From positions 9,009-73,008 of the forward strand of contig VGTL01000006.1 in the NCBI GenBank assembly GCA_016874675.1: DNA of 64,000 nucleotides, given 5' to 3'. The notes beneath the pieces are model-generated. The model did not search any database and was not told where the DNA came from. It saw nothing but the letters and a program-made list of their open reading frames with translations. Below, piece by piece: positions 44,600-52,695 of this stretch (within the stretch, counting starts at the first letter, position 1; each line of letters begins with the position of its first letter). Made by a program: the position numbers and the translations under genes. The stretch is from Methanobacteriota archaeon. GTDB taxonomy: Archaea > Thermoplasmatota > DTKX01 > VGTL01.

Positions 44600-45379
44600 A
44601 TGATAGTGATAAGCGAGAGGGTGAACGGCCTGTTCAAGTCCGTGGGCAAGGCCATAGACGACCGCGACAAGAAATTCCTCCAGGACCTTGCGCTGGACCA
44701 GGTCAAGGCCGGGGCCAACATGCTGGACGTGAACACCGGGCCCGGAGTGGACAGGCCCGAGCAGATAATGAAGTGGATGGTGCAGACCATACAGGAGGTC
44801 ACTGACGTCCAGCTCTCGATAGACGCGCCGGTGCCGTCCGTGATAGAGGCCGGGCTCGAGGTCTGCAAGGGGCGGGCGCTCATCAACTCGACCACGGCCG
44901 AGCAGAAGAAGATGGCATCCCTCTTCCCGCTCGCCAAGATGTACAACGCCGAGATAATCTGCCTCACCCTGGACGAGAAGGGCATCCCCAACGACGCCAA
45001 CAGCCGGTGCGAGCTGGCCCTGACCATGATAACCAACGCGATGGAGTACGAGATAACGCCCGACCGCATCTTCCTGGACCCGCTGGCGCTTCCGGTCGGG
45101 GCGGCACAGGACCAGGGCATGAAGGTGCTCGAATCGCTCAAGCAGTTCAAGACGCTCTGCGACCCGGCGCCGAAGACCACCGTAGGCCTGAGCAACGTGT
45201 CCAACGGGACCAAGGAGAGGCCGCTCATCAACCGGACCTTCCTGACCATGCTCATGGCCTACGGTCTGGACTCGGCCATACTGAACCCGTCCGACACGGA
45301 CCTCATGAACGCCCTGCGCACCTCGGAGATACTGCTCAACCAGAAGCTCTACTGCGACAGCTATCTGCGCGCTTGCTGA
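44600..45379 (+). CDS. acsE: Methyl-THF:corrinoid iron-sulfur protein methyltransferase (pterin-binding)
   Basis: The protein is 259 aa. 'LINERVNG'-like 'VISERVNG', 'MLDVNTG' and 'INSTTAE' match the pterin-binding MeTr family. Confidence 0.8.
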   Translation: MIVISERVNGLFKSVGKAIDDRDKKFLQDLALDQVKAGANMLDVNTGPGVDRPEQIMKWMVQTIQEVTDVQLSIDAPVPSVIEAGLEVCKGRALINSTTAEQKKMASLFPLAKMYNAEIICLTLDEKGIPNDANSRCELALTMITNAMEYEITPDRIFLDPLALPVGAAQDQGMKVLESLKQFKTLCDPAPKTTVGLSNVSNGTKERPLINRTFLTMLMAYGLDSAILNPSDTDLMNALRTSEILLNQKLYCDSYLRAC

Positions 45380-45387
45380 ACGTCGTG

Positions 45388-45480
45388 CAGTCGGTCAAGG
45401 GGACGTGCTGTCGCAATTGGTTAAGGGGACGGGTTGTTGCTATCGGTTGGGGGGATGGGGACGAGGAGGGGGGCGGGGAT
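45388..45480. repeat. Three tandem copies of about 26-bp 'CGCAATTGGTTAAGGGGACG'-like motif downstream of acsE / cooC (convergent)
   Basis: Unit 1 'cagtcggtcaaggggacgtg', unit 2 'ctgtcgcaattggttaaggggacggg' and unit 3 'ttgttgctatcggttggggggatggggacgagg'. G-tracts follow. Confidence 0.65.
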
Positions 45481-46226
45481 CAGGTGTAGGAGGAGACCAT
45501 CCGCTCGACGGCCTTCCTGAACGGAGACGACGGCGGGAGGTCGGCCACGGAAAGGCCCTTCTCCGATATCTGGCATAGGGCCTCGTCCTCGGGTATCGGC
45601 TCCAGGGAGGCGAAGCCGCCCCCGGATGCAAGCTCCCCCAGGCTCCCGGGCAGCCCGCCGGAGCGGTTGACCACCAGGACGAACTTGCCCACGCCCAGCT
45701 TCATCTCCTCGGCCAGCTTCTTTATCCGGACCGCTGTCATGATCCCGGTGCGCGTCGGGTCCGAGAGGATGAACATGACATCCACGTTGCGCGTCGTTCT
45801 GCGCGAGAGGTGCTCCATACCGGCCTCGTTGTCGATGACGACGAAGGCGTACTTCCGGGCGATGTTGTCCAGTATCGTGCGCAGCAGGTTGTTCACGTAG
45901 CAGTAGCAGCCGGGGCCCTCCTGGCGGCCCATCACCAGGAGGTCGAACCCGTCGCCCTCGGTGATGGCCTGCTGGATTCTGAGCGTGATGAACTCCGGCT
46001 TCGATATGCCGGCCGGGAGGCTGTCCATGGTCTTTGACAGGTCCTCGCGTATCGCGCCGACGCTGGTGTCCGCCTTCACCCCGAGCTTCTCGTCCAGGTT
46101 CGTGTTCGGGTCGGCGTCCACCGCGAGGAGGAGCTTCTTTTTGGAGGAGAGCAGATGCACGAGGAGCGCCGCAAGCGTGCTCTTGCCCACTCCGCCCTTG
46201 CCGGCCACGGCCAGCGTCGTCGTCAT
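45480..46226 (-). CDS. cooC: CODH nickel-insertion ATPase CooC/AcsF
   Basis: A deviant Walker A 'VAGKGGVGKST' and a 'CYCY' motif are present. The length is 248 aa. Confidence 0.85.
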   Translation of the reverse strand: MTTTLAVAGKGGVGKSTLAALLVHLLSSKKKLLLAVDADPNTNLDEKLGVKADTSVGAIREDLSKTMDSLPAGISKPEFITLRIQQAITEGDGFDLLVMGRQEGPGCYCYVNNLLRTILDNIARKYAFVVIDNEAGMEHLSRRTTRNVDVMFILSDPTRTGIMTAVRIKKLAEEMKLGVGKFVLVVNRSGGLPGSLGELASGGGFASLEPIPEDEALCQISEKGLSVADLPPSSPFRKAVERMVSSYT

Positions 46227-46243
46227 CGGTCCTGCCCAAAAGA

Positions 46244-46256
46244 CTTAAGATATAAG
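46244..46256. promoter_or_regulatory. TATA-like element in cooC / nuoE divergent region
   Basis: The sequence 'cttaagatataag' is the only AT-rich stretch in this intergenic region. Confidence 0.35.
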
Positions 46257-46266
46257 AACCATTCGG

Positions 46267-46815
46267 TTGAACAACCCTCGTGTCCATCGGTGGAAAGGGG
46301 CGCGATGGTATAGGGCGGATGGGGGAATATTTCTGGAGGAGGCGCAGGCCATCGACCGGGGCGTGGAAGAGGTCCTCGGACGCTTCAAGGGGAGCAGGGG
46401 AGAGCTCATCGGGATTCTCCAGGCGGTGCAGGAGAGGCTGGGCTATCTCCCGGAGCGGGCCATGCTGCGCATCGCCCGGTTCACGAAGGTCCCCGAGAGC
46501 CAGGTGTTCGGCGTCTCGTCGTTCTACGCCCAGTTCCGGTTCAAGCCGGTGGGCCGCCGGCGGGTCATGGTGTGCCAGGGGACCGCCTGCCACGTCCGCG
46601 GCGGGGCCAAGATACTCGACGAGATAGAGAAGAGGCTGAAGATAAGGCCCGGGGGCACGACGCCCGACCTCGAGTACTCGCTGGACACGGTCGCCTGCAT
46701 CGGGGCCTGCGCCCTCGCCCCCACCATAATGATCAACAAGGACACATTCGGCCGGCTCACGCAGAAGAAGGTGGGCGATATCTTCGGCGGTACCCCTGAG
46801 AAGGGGGGCGAATGA
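46267..46815 (+). CDS. NuoE/HndA-like [2Fe-2S] thioredoxin-like subunit of NAD-dependent formate dehydrogenase
   Basis: Cys motifs 'CQGTAC...C...CIGAC' are present. The true start is possibly a downstream GTG near 46360 ('VEEVLGRF...'). Confidence 0.75.
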   Translation: MNNPRVHRWKGARWYRADGGIFLEEAQAIDRGVEEVLGRFKGSRGELIGILQAVQERLGYLPERAMLRIARFTKVPESQVFGVSSFYAQFRFKPVGRRRVMVCQGTACHVRGGAKILDEIEKRLKIRPGGTTPDLEYSLDTVACIGACALAPTIMINKDTFGRLTQKKVGDIFGGTPEKGGE

Positions 46816-46816
46816 G

Positions 46817-48649
46817 ATGACCGGCCCGGGGAAGCTTGCGCTCCACGTCTGCCAGGGGACGGGCTGCGTCTCGTCGAAGTCGCCCGAGATACAGGCGGCG
46901 CTGGAGCGCGAGATTGCGGCCCGGGGCATTTCAGGCCGCGCCGGCGTCAAGCTCACGGGCTGCCACGGGTTCTGCCAGCGCGGGCCCATCGTCATAGTCG
47001 AGCCCGAGGGCATTTTCTACTCCGAGGTCAAGCCCGAGGACGCGCCCGAGATAGTCCGCTCCCACATCGTCGAGGGGAAGCCGGTGGAGAGGCTCTTCTA
47101 CAAGGACCCGGCGAGCGGCAACGCCGTGCCCTTCTACCGGGACATCACCTTCTACGCGAAGCAGCAGCGCGTCGTTCTGCGCAACTGCGGCCACATCAAC
47201 CCCGAAATCATCGACGACTACATCGCCGCCGGCGGATACCGGGCCGAACGCAAGGCGCTGCTCGAGATGGAACCGGAGCAGGTCATCGCCGAGGTCAAGA
47301 GGTCCGGCCTGCGCGGCCGGGGGGGCGCCGGCTTCCCGACCGGACAGAAGTGGGAGTTCTGCCGCCAGGCGCCCGGGAGGCAGAAGTACCTCATCTGCAA
47401 CGCCGACGAGGGCGACCCGGGGGCGTTCATGGACCGCTCCGTGCTCGAGGCCGACCCGCACTCCGTCATCGAGGGCATGGTCATCGCCTCGTACGCCATC
47501 GGCGCCACCGAGGGCTACGTCTACGTGAGGGCCGAGTACCCGCTGGCGGTCCAGAGGGTGGGCATCGCCCTCCGGCAGGCCACCGAGCGCGGATTTGTGG
47601 GAAAGAACATACTGGGCTCCGGCCACGGCCTGGAGCTTCATGTCAAGGAGGGCGCCGGCGCCTTCGTCTGCGGCGAGGAGACCGCGCTCATGATGTCCAT
47701 CGAGGGGCGCCGGGGGATGCCCCGCCCGAGGCCGCCCTTCCCGGCCCAGTCGGGCCTCTGGGGCAAGCCCACCATAATCAACAACGTGAAGTCGCTCGCC
47801 ACCGTCCCGGTCATAATCGACCGGGGAGCGGACTGGTTCGCCTCGACAGGCACCGAGAAGAGCAAGGGCACGGTCGTGTTCGCGCTGACCGGCCTCATGG
47901 CCAACTGCGGGCTGGTGGAGGTCCCGCTGGGCATGACGCTGCGCGAGACCATATTCACCATAGGCGGGGGCCTCCTGGGGGGCCGGAAGTTCAAGGCCGT
48001 CCAGACCGGCGGGCCGTCGGGCGGATGCATCCCGGCAAGCCTCCTGGACCTCCCCGTGGACTACGACTCGCTCAACGCCGCCGGCACCATCATGGGCTCG
48101 GGCGGGATGGTCGTCATGGACGACCGGACCTGCATGGTCGACATCGCGCGGTACTTCATCAACTTCACGGCGCAGGAGTCTTGCGGGAAATGCGTGCCCT
48201 GCAGGCAGGGGACCCGACAGATGCTGGACATCCTGGTGGACCTCACGCAGGGCCGCGGCCGGCCGGGCGACATCGAGCTCCTCCAGGAGATCGGCGAGAG
48301 CGTCAAGGCGGGCTCGCTGTGCGGCCTGGGCCAGACGGCGCCCAACCCGGTGCTGTCCACGATACGCTATTTCCGCGACGAGTACGAAGCGCACATAAAC
48401 GAGAAGCGCTGCCCGGCGCTGGCCTGCAGGCCGCTCCTGAGCTACCGGATAGACCCGGAGAAGTGCGCCGCCTGCGGCCTGTGCAAGCGGGCCTGCCCGT
48501 CCGAGGCCATCGCGGGCCAGAAGAAGAAGCCCCACGTCATCGACCCTGCAAAATGCATCAAGTGCGGCTCGTGCTTCGACGCCTGTCCAAAGAAGTTCGG
48601 GGCGGTGGTCGTTTCATCCGGCGAGACCGGCGCGCAGGGGGTGGCCTGA
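46817..48649 (+). CDS. NuoF/HndC/HylB-like NAD(P)H-binding FMN Fe-S subunit
   Basis: 'GRGGAGFPTGQKWEF' is present. The N-terminus is thioredoxin-like with 2Fe-2S Cys residues (CQGTGC...C). Two C-terminal 4Fe-4S motifs 'CAACGLCKRACP' and 'CIKCGSCFDACP' are present. Confidence 0.85.
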   Translation: MTGPGKLALHVCQGTGCVSSKSPEIQAALEREIAARGISGRAGVKLTGCHGFCQRGPIVIVEPEGIFYSEVKPEDAPEIVRSHIVEGKPVERLFYKDPASGNAVPFYRDITFYAKQQRVVLRNCGHINPEIIDDYIAAGGYRAERKALLEMEPEQVIAEVKRSGLRGRGGAGFPTGQKWEFCRQAPGRQKYLICNADEGDPGAFMDRSVLEADPHSVIEGMVIASYAIGATEGYVYVRAEYPLAVQRVGIALRQATERGFVGKNILGSGHGLELHVKEGAGAFVCGEETALMMSIEGRRGMPRPRPPFPAQSGLWGKPTIINNVKSLATVPVIIDRGADWFASTGTEKSKGTVVFALTGLMANCGLVEVPLGMTLRETIFTIGGGLLGGRKFKAVQTGGPSGGCIPASLLDLPVDYDSLNAAGTIMGSGGMVVMDDRTCMVDIARYFINFTAQESCGKCVPCRQGTRQMLDILVDLTQGRGRPGDIELLQEIGESVKAGSLCGLGQTAPNPVLSTIRYFRDEYEAHINEKRCPALACRPLLSYRIDPEKCAACGLCKRACPSEAIAGQKKKPHVIDPAKCIKCGSCFDACPKKFGAVVVSSGETGAQGVA

Positions 48650-51315
48650 TGGAGACCGTGACATTGACCATCGATGGGATGGAGGTCAGAACCCAAAAGG
48701 GGGCCTCCATACTCGAGGCGGCGCTCGCCCGCGGCATCTACATCCCGCACCTCTGCCACCACCCGGACCTCGGGCCGTTCGGCGCGTGCCGCCTCTGCCT
48801 CGTCGACGTCAACGGGCGGATGCTCCTGGCCTGCTACACGCCCGTCGCCGAGGGGATGAAGGTCTCGACCGAGACGGGGGCGCTGGCCTCCATCCGGAAG
48901 ATGACGATGATGCTCCTTCTCAACGACCACCCCTCGGACTGCACCGTCTGCTCCAAGGACTCGAAATGCGACCTCCAGAAGGTCTCGGCCCACCTGGGAA
49001 TAACGAAGGCGGACCTTGCGATACTGAGGCCGGCCCGGCGGGAGAATCCCGTCGACACCTCCAACCCGTTCTTCGACCGCGACCTCGCCAAGTGCATCCT
49101 GTGCGGGATATGCGTCCGTACCTGCGACGAGATACAGGGGGCCGGCGCGATAGACTTCGGTTTCCGCGGGTCAAAGACCACCATCGCGACGCTCTGGGAC
49201 CGGCCTCTTGCGGAGTCGAACTGCGAATCCTGCGGAGAATGCCTCGTTCGCTGTCCCGTCGGGGCGCTGGTGCCCAAGGGCGCGAAGGAGCCGTCGAGGG
49301 AAGTGCGGACCACATGCCCGTACTGCGGCGTCGGGTGCCAGTTCTTCCTGGGCATGCGCGGCAACGAGGTGGTTTCCTCGCGCGGCTACCGCGGGAGCCC
49401 GGTCAACCACGGGGAGCTCTGCGCCAAGGGCCGTTTCGGCCACTCGTTCGTCAACCACAAATCCAGGATCACAAAGCCCTTGATAAGGAAGGACGGGAAG
49501 CTGGTTAAGACCTCCTGGGAGGAGGCGCTGACGCACGTCGCGACCAGGCTCGCCGGTTACAAGGGCGACGCCTTCGCCGCCTTGTGCTCCGCCAAGTGCA
49601 CCAACGAGGACAACTACGTCATCCAGAAGCTCGCCCGCGCCGTGATGGGCACGAACAACATCGACCACTGCGCCCGGCTCTGCCACGCCCCGAGCGTCGC
49701 GGGGCTCGCCCAGAGCTTCGGCTCGGGCGCGATGACGAACTCCATCGAGGACCTTCTCGAAACGAAGTGCTTCCTGGCCATCGGGACCAACACCACCTCG
49801 GCGCACCCGGTGATAGGGCTCCGCATCCGCAAGGCCGTGCGCAACGGGGCGAAGCTCATCGTCGCCAACCCGCGGGAGATAGAGCTTTGCAGGATATCCG
49901 ACATGTTCCTGCGCCAGCGCCCCGGGACCGACGTCGCATTGCTCTCGGGGCTCGCGCGCATCATCCTGGACGAGGGATTGGAGGACAGGGAGTTCATCGC
50001 CCAGAGGACCGAGAACTTCGACGAGTTCAGAAAATCGCTGGAGGCTTTCGACACCGCCACCGTGGAGCGAATTACCGGCGTGCCCGCCGAAGAACTGAGA
50101 CACGCCGCCCGGATGTACGCCACCGTCAAGCCCGCCGCCCTGCTCTACTCGATGGGCATCACCCAGCACTCCCACGGAACGGACAACGTGCTCGCCTGCG
50201 GGAATCTCGCGATGCTCACCGGGAACCTCGGGAAGCCGGGCGCCGGCGTGAACCCGCTCCGGGGCCAGAACAACGTGCAGGGCTCCTGCGACATGGGCGG
50301 GCTGCCCAACGTCTTCCCCGGCTACCAGCGCGTGGACAGCGCCGAGGCCCGATTGAAGTTCGAGAAGGCCTGGGGCGTCGCCTTGCCCTCGAAGCCGGGC
50401 CTGACACTGACGGAGATATTCGACGGGGCCATCAACAAGGCCATAAAGGCGGTCTACCTTGTCGGCGAGAACCCGGTCTTAAGCGACCCGGACGCCCACC
50501 ACGTGGAGAAGGGCATAAAGAGCCTCGAGTTCCTCGTGGTGCAGGACCTTTTCCTGACTGAGACGGCCGAAATGGCCGACGTCGTGCTCCCGGCGACCTC
50601 GTTTGCCGAGAAGGACGGGACGTTCACGAACACCGAGCGCCGCGTCCAGAGGGTCCGGCGGGCCATCGAGCCCCTCGGTCGGCCGGACTGGCTCGTCACA
50701 TGCCAGATCGCAAAGGCCATGGGCGCGAAGGGGTTCGATTTCCAAGACCCCGCCGGCATAATGGCCGAGGTGGCCTCGCTCGCGCCGCAGTACGGCGGCG
50801 TGACCTACGACCGGCTGGAAGGCCCGGCGGGCCTCCAGTGGCCCTGCCCGTCGAAGGACCACCCGGGGACGCCGATATTGCACACGGCGAAGTTCAACAC
50901 GCCTTCCGGCAAGGGGAAGTTCGTCCCGCTCGGATACATCCCGCCGAAGGAGCTTCCGGACGATGAATATCCGTTCCTCCTGACGACCGGGAGGAGCCTC
51001 TACCACTTCCACACGGGGACGATGACGCGCAAGTCGGACGGCCTCAACGTCCTGCACCCGAGGGAATTTTTGGAAATCGGCCCCGAGGACGCCGGAAGGC
51101 TCGGCATCTCCGACGGCGAGCGCATTGTCGTGAGCTCCCGGCGCGGGAAGGTGGAGGCCACGGCGAAGGTGACCGCGGCCTCGCCGCCGGGCGTGGTGTT
51201 CATGACGTTCCACTTCGCCGAGTCGCGGACGAACCTGCTCACGAGCCCGCACCTGGACCCGGTGGCCAAGATACCCGAGGCGAAGGTGTGCGCCGTCAAA
51301 GTCGAGAAAGCCTGA
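48649..51315 (+). CDS. fdhA: Molybdopterin formate dehydrogenase catalytic subunit (FdhA/FdhF2 type, Cys-ligand)
   Basis: An N-terminal 2Fe-2S/NuoG-like region 'CHHPDLGPFGACRLCLV' is present. The MGD region contains 'TCPYCGVGCQF' and the active-site motif 'CARLCHAPSV' with Cys and no in-frame TGA. The start overlaps the nuoF stop (ATGA). Confidence 0.9.
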   Translation: METVTLTIDGMEVRTQKGASILEAALARGIYIPHLCHHPDLGPFGACRLCLVDVNGRMLLACYTPVAEGMKVSTETGALASIRKMTMMLLLNDHPSDCTVCSKDSKCDLQKVSAHLGITKADLAILRPARRENPVDTSNPFFDRDLAKCILCGICVRTCDEIQGAGAIDFGFRGSKTTIATLWDRPLAESNCESCGECLVRCPVGALVPKGAKEPSREVRTTCPYCGVGCQFFLGMRGNEVVSSRGYRGSPVNHGELCAKGRFGHSFVNHKSRITKPLIRKDGKLVKTSWEEALTHVATRLAGYKGDAFAALCSAKCTNEDNYVIQKLARAVMGTNNIDHCARLCHAPSVAGLAQSFGSGAMTNSIEDLLETKCFLAIGTNTTSAHPVIGLRIRKAVRNGAKLIVANPREIELCRISDMFLRQRPGTDVALLSGLARIILDEGLEDREFIAQRTENFDEFRKSLEAFDTATVERITGVPAEELRHAARMYATVKPAALLYSMGITQHSHGTDNVLACGNLAMLTGNLGKPGAGVNPLRGQNNVQGSCDMGGLPNVFPGYQRVDSAEARLKFEKAWGVALPSKPGLTLTEIFDGAINKAIKAVYLVGENPVLSDPDAHHVEKGIKSLEFLVVQDLFLTETAEMADVVLPATSFAEKDGTFTNTERRVQRVRRAIEPLGRPDWLVTCQIAKAMGAKGFDFQDPAGIMAEVASLAPQYGGVTYDRLEGPAGLQWPCPSKDHPGTPILHTAKFNTPSGKGKFVPLGYIPPKELPDDEYPFLLTTGRSLYHFHTGTMTRKSDGLNVLHPREFLEIGPEDAGRLGISDGERIVVSSRRGKVEATAKVTAASPPGVVFMTFHFAESRTNLLTSPHLDPVAKIPEAKVCAVKVEKA

Positions 51316-51323
51316 CGGACGAG

Positions 51324-51450
51324 CGGGCAGCGGACGGAGGATGGAAGAACGGGGGCAGCAAGGCAGCAAGGCAGCAAGGCAGCAAGGGTACGATACCGCG
51401 TCCCTTTCTGCCTTGCTGCCTTGCTGCCTTGCTGCCTTCCGCTTTCTGCG
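51324..51450. repeat. Inverted-repeat element (GGCAGCAAG)n ... (CTTGCTGCC)n between convergent fdhA and DUF3786 gene
   Basis: The element reads 'gggggcagcaaggcagcaaggcagcaaggcagcaagggtacg' / 'ataccgcgtcc' / 'ctttctgccttgctgccttgctgccttgctgccttcc'. Confidence 0.85.
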
Positions 51451-51457
51451 CGCCCGT

Positions 51458-52093
51458 TCAGACAGCTTTTCGAAGCCTCGACGCCACCAGGCTCGCCGCC
51501 ACCGCTACGTCTTCGGTGTGCATCTGCTGGCGGATGGTCGAATCGTAGAGGATGTTCGCGGACGAGGGGACCTCGTCGTCTCCGGCCCAGACAACGACAA
51601 ACACCGGTATGCGCGGGAAGAATGGAATCTCCAGCGAGGCGTGGCCCAGCCGGAAGGGCTTCGCGTGGACGGATTCGCCCGCCTTGAGAAGCAGGGGCGG
51701 GTCGGCGCCGAATCTCTCGCGCAACGGGCGGATGGCCCTTCCCTCGTATGCGGCGTAATAGAGTTCCCCCCCTTCCAGTTCACGAAACGAGATGAGCTCG
51801 CCGGCAAGGGGCAGCGGGGAGGTCGCCGCAAGATAATGCAAGGCGAGGATGGGGAGCGGAGGGGCCGCCTCCTTGCCGTCCGGGCCGAGAACCTTCCGCC
51901 CTTCGAGGTCGACAAGGTGCCCCTTTCCCAGCACCTCAAGCGTGTACTGCCGGGCGCTCCCGTCATGGGAAGCCAGCGAGCCCTCGCACACCCCGACCGG
52001 GTCCTTCTCGAGCAGCCTCTTCCAGGCGAGCTCCAGCGCCATGCCGTCGCTGGACCCGGTCCTCTCCGAAAAAAGCGTCGGTTCCATGTCCAT
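51458..52093 (-). CDS. DUF3786-like protein
   Basis: Weak family recall. The ORF-track start is TTG 52114. ATG 52093 is preferred because it would be leaderless from the shared TATA element at 52115-52131. Confidence 0.45.
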   Translation of the reverse strand: MDMEPTLFSERTGSSDGMALELAWKRLLEKDPVGVCEGSLASHDGSARQYTLEVLGKGHLVDLEGRKVLGPDGKEAAPPLPILALHYLAATSPLPLAGELISFRELEGGELYYAAYEGRAIRPLRERFGADPPLLLKAGESVHAKPFRLGHASLEIPFFPRIPVFVVVWAGDDEVPSSANILYDSTIRQQMHTEDVAVAASLVASRLRKAV

Positions 52094-52114
52094 CCTGCAG
52101 GAGAATAGTGCCAA

Positions 52115-52131
52115 CCTATTTATACCATTTT
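52115..52131. promoter_or_regulatory. Bidirectional TATA element for two divergent leaderless genes
   Basis: The sequence 'cctatttataccatttt' reads as a TATA box on both strands. ATG 52150 (+) and ATG 52093 (-) each lie about 25 bp from it. Confidence 0.4.
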
Positions 52132-52149
52132 CACGGAAAACGGGCCTGC

Positions 52150-52533
52150 ATGTTCGGCGTCGGCTGCCCCGGCTCGTCAGCCCTGAAGACCCCCGAGCTC
52201 AAGATAAGGAGATGCCCCGAGTGCGGCTCGGAGGTGGAGGTCTTCTCCACGGACATAAAGGTCAGGTGCCTCAAGTGCGGCTTCACCGTGTACAACGACC
52301 TGCAGTCCTGCATCGACTGGTGCAACTACGCCGAGAAATGCGTCGGGCCCGAGCTGGTGAAGAGGCTCAGAAGCGGGAAGGCCGGGCAGGCCGGCGGGAG
52401 CGGGGGGCCTGGGGTCCCACCCGCCGGGCCGAGGGGCGGCGGACAAAAGGAGGCAGGGAAGGGTGGAGCGGCGGAGGGGGACGACGGGAAGGGCGCCGGG
52501 GCAGGCAGGCGGACCAAAAAGTCCGCAAGGTGA
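52150..52533 (+). CDS. Small zinc-ribbon protein with Gly-rich C-terminal tail
   Basis: The zinc ribbon 'RCPECGSEVEVFSTDIKVRCLKCGF' is present. The ORF-track start GTG 52108 would place the TATA box inside the coding sequence, so ATG 52150 is preferred. Confidence 0.4.
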   Translation: MFGVGCPGSSALKTPELKIRRCPECGSEVEVFSTDIKVRCLKCGFTVYNDLQSCIDWCNYAEKCVGPELVKRLRSGKAGQAGGSGGPGVPPAGPRGGGQKEAGKGGAAEGDDGKGAGAGRRTKKSAR

Positions 52534-52615
52534 GGGCCGGGGGGGAGGTTCGCCGAACGGTTTTCGACGTCCCGGGTCGCCTGGGGGCCGCCCTCGAGGA
52601 CGCCGACCAAGAAAT

Positions 52616-52640
52616 GCTTAAATATACCAACTTTATTCGG
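52616..52640 (+). promoter_or_regulatory. TATA-like element for fhs
   Basis: The sequence 'gcttaaatataccaactttattcgg' lies about 55-80 bp upstream of ATG 52696. Confidence 0.45.
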
Positions 52641-52695
52641 TAGTATACCTGTCGGGGGGTTCTTCCGGCGGGCCAGAAGAGGAGTGGTGTGGGGG

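Noticed and set aside
47350-51315. 1321-aa ORF-track ORF for formate dehydrogenase
   Set aside because: The first 433 codons overlap nuoF in another frame. The true fdhA start is ATG 48649, overlapping the nuoF stop, which gives the expected roughly 888-aa FdhA with an N-terminal 2Fe-2S domain.
48649-51315. Selenocysteine-containing formate dehydrogenase
   Set aside because: There is no in-frame TGA. The active-site position reads Cys ('ARLCHAPSV').
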